A stretch of DNA of 64,000 nt. It comes from Bacteroidales bacterium (GTDB lineage Bacteria; Bacteroidota; Bacteroidia; Bacteroidales; WCHB1-69). The notes beneath the pieces are model-generated. The model did no database searches and was not told the DNA's origin. It saw only the letters and a list, made by a program, of their open reading frames with translations. How positions within the stretch are numbered: the stretch's first letter is position 1; each line of letters opens with the position of its first letter. Below, piece by piece: positions 60,891 to 64,000 of the stretch. Position numbers and translations under genes: made by a program. The stretch covers positions 5,708-69,707 of the forward strand of contig JBGURX010000038.1 in NCBI GenBank assembly GCA_045132235.1, written 5' to 3'.

Positions 60891-61964
60891 ATGGAAAAAC
60901 AGAATTGGAACCATGCCGTCGGATTAGGCATCATGTCGGGCACCTCGCTCGACGGGCTGGACCTTGCGCTGTGCGAGTTCAGCCGTGAGGCAGAAACATG
61001 GAAATACAAGACCATACGTTGCGAAACCGTTGAGTATGACGCACTTATGCGGAAGCGGCTGCAGGAGGCCGACCGGCTGGGTGCGCTCGAGCTGGTGGCG
61101 CTGGACCGCGAGTTTGCGGCCTATATCGCCGGGCAGGTGGTGAAGTTCTTGGCAGGCAGCCCCGCGCAGCCCGACTTCATCGCATCGCACGGGCAGACGG
61201 TGTATCACCAGCCGGAGCGGGGCATCACGCTGCAGATCGGCAGCGGGGCGGTGATTGCGGCGATGACAGGCATTCCGACGGTTTGCGACTTCCGCACGAC
61301 GGACGTGGCGCTGGGCGGGCAGGGCGCGCCGCTGGTGCCGATTGGCGACAAGCTGCTGTTTGGCGGCTATGCGGCCTGCTTGAACTTGGGCGGGTTCTGC
61401 AACATCTCGTTCGACAGCGGCGCGCGGCGGGTGGCCTTCGACATCGCGCCGTGCAACATGCTGCTGAACACCCTTGCGGCGCGCCTCGGGCAGCCTTACG
61501 ACAAGGGCGGTCTGTACGCCCGCGACGGCTACTTGGTGGACGCACTCACCGCCCGGCTCAACGCGCTGCCCTACTACGCGCAAGGCGGGGCGAAGTCGCT
61601 GGGCAAGGAGTGGTTCGACCGCGAGGTGCTGCCCCTGCTCAACGAGGCGGGTGCGATGCCGCAGGACCTGCTACGCACGGCCGTGGAGCACATCGCCGTG
61701 CAGATAGGCAGAGTGTTGAATGACAACCAGATAGCATCGGTGTTGGTGACGGGCGGCGGGGCGAAGAACAGCTACCTGATGGACCGCATCCGGTGGCATG
61801 CGCCGAACACCATGGTGGTGATTCCCGACGAGGCGACGGTAGATTTCAAGGAGGCGATCATCTTTGCCTTCTTGGGGCTGTTGCGATTGCAGGGCGAATG
61901 CAACTGTCTGGCGGATGTGACCGGGGCGGTGCGCGACAGCGTGGGCGGTGCGGTGTACCGATAA
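60891..61964 (+). CDS. anmK: Anhydro-N-acetylmuramic acid kinase
   Basis: 357 aa. GIMSGTSLDGLDLAL start motif, and GGQGAPLVP. Confidence 0.9.
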   Translation: MEKQNWNHAVGLGIMSGTSLDGLDLALCEFSREAETWKYKTIRCETVEYDALMRKRLQEADRLGALELVALDREFAAYIAGQVVKFLAGSPAQPDFIASHGQTVYHQPERGITLQIGSGAVIAAMTGIPTVCDFRTTDVALGGQGAPLVPIGDKLLFGGYAACLNLGGFCNISFDSGARRVAFDIAPCNMLLNTLAARLGQPYDKGGLYARDGYLVDALTARLNALPYYAQGGAKSLGKEWFDREVLPLLNEAGAMPQDLLRTAVEHIAVQIGRVLNDNQIASVLVTGGGAKNSYLMDRIRWHAPNTMVVIPDEATVDFKEAIIFAFLGLLRLQGECNCLADVTGAVRDSVGGAVYR

Positions 61965-61966
61965 CC

Positions 61967-61984
61967 GCACCCCTATCGGGGTGT
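61967..61984 (+). other. Short GC hairpin just after the anmK stop
   Basis: CACCCC-TATC-GGGGTG forms a 6-bp stem with no U tract. It is a near copy of the stem of the terminator 30 nt downstream. Confidence 0.4.
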
Positions 61985-61996
61985 CTAACCCAAGAC

Positions 61997-62021
61997 AGCA
62001 CCCCTATGGGGTGCTTTTTTT
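61997..62021 (+). terminator. Rho-independent terminator after anmK
   Basis: AGCACCCC-TAT-GGGGTGCT forms an 8-bp stem and is followed by a T7 run. Confidence 0.8.
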
Positions 62022-62034
62022 GTTTTACAATCTA

Positions 62035-62061
62035 CAATTCAAAAAATTGTTGTATTTTTGC
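62035..62061 (+). repeat. 27-nt direct repeat, left copy (contains the hicA -7 box)
   Basis: CAATTCAAAAAATTGTTGTATTTTTGC is identical at 25 of 27 positions to 62694-62720. Confidence 0.85.
62053..62060 (+). promoter_or_regulatory. -7 box (TAnnTTTG) for hicAB
   Basis: TATTTTTG lies 20 nt upstream of the ATG at 62081. Confidence 0.5.
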
Positions 62062-62080
62062 AACTGAAATTCAGTTACAG

Positions 62081-62338
62081 ATGAGCAAGAAAGAAAAACT
62101 AATCAAAAAACTACAATCACTTCCCAAAGATTTCACATACGCGGAATTAGAATCACTATTATCTCAGTTGGGATTTGTGATAGACAACAAGGGCAAAACA
62201 TCCGGTTCTCGAATTCGTTTTTATAACAAAGAACTGAAAGTACAATACTTAGCCCACAAACCACATCCAACAAAAGTAATAAAAGAGATTGCATTAAAAG
62301 ACATTCTATCATTTTTAGAAAACAACAATTTAATATAA
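62081..62338 (+). CDS. hicA: Type II toxin-antitoxin system HicA family toxin
   Basis: 85 aa from ATG 62081 (the track ORF start at 61793 lies inside anmK). FTYAELESLLSQLGF...GSRIRF...HKPHP...IKEIALKDILSFL fits the HicA/YcfA pattern. Confidence 0.78.
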   Translation: MSKKEKLIKKLQSLPKDFTYAELESLLSQLGFVIDNKGKTSGSRIRFYNKELKVQYLAHKPHPTKVIKEIALKDILSFLENNNLI

Positions 62339-62673
62339 TGGAAACACTGAATTACAAGGGATTTATCGGCAGCATAGAGGCCGACCTCAGCGACAACACG
62401 CTGTATGGGAAAGTGCTTGGTTTAGACAAGAGCACCCTTATCACCTACGAAGGGGCTACGCTTACAGAGCTGCAGGAAGACTTTCGCAACGCTGTGGATG
62501 ACTACATCATCCATTGCAAAGAGAACGGAATTCCATTACATAAGTCGTACAGCGGCAGTTTCAATGTGCGCATTCCTGCTGAACTTCATGCGAAAATCGC
62601 CCTTACAGCACAATCCTCTGGCATGTCTCTCAATGCCTATATCCGAAAAATTCTTTCGGCGGCTGTGTTATAA
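62338..62673 (+). CDS. hicB: Type II toxin-antitoxin system HicB family antitoxin
   Basis: 111 aa. YKGFIGSIEADLSDNTLYGKVLG...TYEGATLTELQEDFRNAVDDYIIHCKENG...YSGSFNVRIPAELHAKIALTAQSSGMSLNAYI. TAATG overlap with hicA. Confidence 0.85.
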   Translation: METLNYKGFIGSIEADLSDNTLYGKVLGLDKSTLITYEGATLTELQEDFRNAVDDYIIHCKENGIPLHKSYSGSFNVRIPAELHAKIALTAQSSGMSLNAYIRKILSAAVL

Positions 62674-62693
62674 CGCGAAAGAAAACCGCCATC

Positions 62694-62720
62694 CAATTCA
62701 AAAAAATATTGTATTTTTGC
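62694..62720 (+). repeat. 27-nt direct repeat, right copy (contains the POT transporter -7 box)
   Basis: CAATTCAAAAAAATATTGTATTTTTGC. Confidence 0.85.
62712..62719 (+). promoter_or_regulatory. -7 box (TAnnTTTG) for the POT transporter gene
   Basis: TATTTTTG lies 57 nt upstream of the ATG at 62777. Confidence 0.5.
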
Positions 62721-62776
62721 GGGCTTATTATGAAATTCTAAATTCAATTTTATTATTCACTAAAAATTAAACATTT

Positions 62777-64000
62777 ATGAAACACTTATGGGAAACTAAT
62801 GCGTCCTTGGTCATCTTGTGCGCCATTTTGATCGTCGTGATTCCCTTTTTGGCTTTCTACATTGTAAAAGCCAAGAAAGAGCATCCGAAAGGACTGGTGG
62901 CCGCCGCACTGAGTAACATGGGCGAGCGCTTCGGCTATTACATCATGAATGCCGTGCTAACCTTATTTCTTGTATCGAAATTTGGCCTGCCCAAAGAAAT
63001 TGCGGGAATTATCTTTTCCGTTTTTTACTTCGGCATCTACATTCTGAGTTTGGTGGGCGGTATCATTGCCGACCGCACCCAGAAATACAACAGTACCATC
63101 CAATGGGGTGTAACGCTTATGGCTTTTGGATACATCGCTTTGGCCATACCCTTGTTCAGCAAAGAGGGCGGCTTGATTGTTGACCATAACGGCACTTGGT
63201 GGGCCATTCTTATTTTCACTTGCGTGGCCTTGCTGCTTATCGCCTTCGGTAACGGTCTGTTCAAAGGCAACTTACAGGCTCTGGTAGGACAGATGTACGA
63301 CAATTTCGAAGCCGAAGCCGCCAAGAAAGGTCCCGAAGCCTTGGCCGAAGCCAAAGACAAGCGAGACAGCGGTTTCCAGATTTTCTACGTGTTCATCAAC
63401 ATCGGCGGTGTGATCGCTCCCTTCGTGGCTCCGTTGATCCGCACATGGTGGCTGAAAATCCACAACTTTGTCTATAACGCCGACATGCCCGCTTTGTGCC
63501 ACCAGTACATTGCCGACGGTCAGGTTACCCAGAAATTCACCGAAACCATGAACAACTCGGTAATTGATCCGTCCCTGGTCACGAGCGCAACGCAATTCAG
63601 CTCCGACTATATCGATGTATATAACACGGGTATCCACTATGCATTCATTGCATCAGCACTTGCCATGGTTATTTCACTCATCATTTTCTTTGCCAATAAA
63701 AAAGGCTTCCCGCAGCCCGCAAAAAAAGTTGCTGCCGAGACCGCTGGCTATACCGCTGAAGAGAAAAAGGCGATGGCAAAAGAGATCAAACAAAGACTTT
63801 ATGCTCTCTTCGCTGTGTTGGGCATTGCCATTTTCTTCTGGTTGTCCTTCCACCAAAACACACAGTCACTGAAGTTCTTTGCAAGTGACTTCGTAAACAC
63901 CTCCATGTTCCCCGCAGAAATTTGGGATTCCATGAATCCTCTGTTTGTCATCATCCTGACCCCCCTTATCATGATTCTTTTTGCAGCTCTGGCTCGCAAA
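62777..64000 (+). CDS. Proton-dependent oligopeptide transporter (POT/PTR2 family MFS), 3' end cut by window edge
   Basis: The frame stays open from ATG 62777 to the right edge (408 codons), so it is absent from the ORF track. My translation contains GERFGYYIMNAVLTLFL, GGIIADR, FGNGLFKGNLQALVGQMYD and FYVFINIGG. Confidence 0.9.
   Translation, partial: MKHLWETNASLVILCAILIVVIPFLAFYIVKAKKEHPKGLVAAALSNMGERFGYYIMNAVLTLFLVSKFGLPKEIAGIIFSVFYFGIYILSLVGGIIADRTQKYNSTIQWGVTLMAFGYIALAIPLFSKEGGLIVDHNGTWWAILIFTCVALLLIAFGNGLFKGNLQALVGQMYDNFEAEAAKKGPEALAEAKDKRDSGFQIFYVFINIGGVIAPFVAPLIRTWWLKIHNFVYNADMPALCHQYIADGQVTQKFTETMNNSVIDPSLVTSATQFSSDYIDVYNTGIHYAFIASALAMVISLIIFFANKKGFPQPAKKVAAETAGYTAEEKKAMAKEIKQRLYALFAVLGIAIFFWLSFHQNTQSLKFFASDFVNTSMFPAEIWDSMNPLFVIILTPLIMILFAALARK

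Noticed and set aside
1-64000. rRNA, tRNA, CRISPR arrays, transposases, integrases, prophage or conjugation genes.
   Set aside because: None recognised. Intergenic regions are short apart from 59623-60164. All long ORFs are accounted for by chromosomal gene families or by the T9SS cargo genes.

Overview
This 64-kb chromosomal segment looks like a Bacteroidota (Bacteroidales-type) genome. Many genes are preceded by TAnnTTTG -7 boxes, there are four type IX secretion (T9SS) cargo genes plus porQ, and one protein carries a gingipain/HagA-like adhesin domain. I call 37 protein-coding genes, two of them cut by the window edges. I found no rRNA, tRNA, CRISPR array, transposase or integrase. Most genes are housekeeping: GH92 mannosidase, murD-like ligase, polA, recX, hppA, recF, acpP-fabF-rnc, sod, fabD, ribBA, apbE, truB, anmK and a POT transporter. 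The outstanding feature is a single 17,535-nt ORF (42088-59622, minus strand) encoding a 5,844-aa secreted mosaic protein. It has a T9SS C-terminal sorting domain, two ALK/LTK-type glycine-rich domains, and FN3-like domains with other domains nested inside them. About 2,500 aa consist of repeated modules that I cannot assign to any named family. Directly downstream on the same strand lies a SusD-less TonB-dependent-receptor-like barrel with two tandem paralogous 413-aa OB-fold-like lipoproteins. Two other accessory signals stand out: an AT-rich hicAB cassette bracketed by a duplicated 27-nt promoter segment, and AGTTGAG/AGTTAAG heptamer arrays bracketing a DUF4139-like gene. All family assignments come from reading motifs by eye and from memory of family signatures. 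No searches were run, and domain boundaries are approximate (about +/-30 nt).
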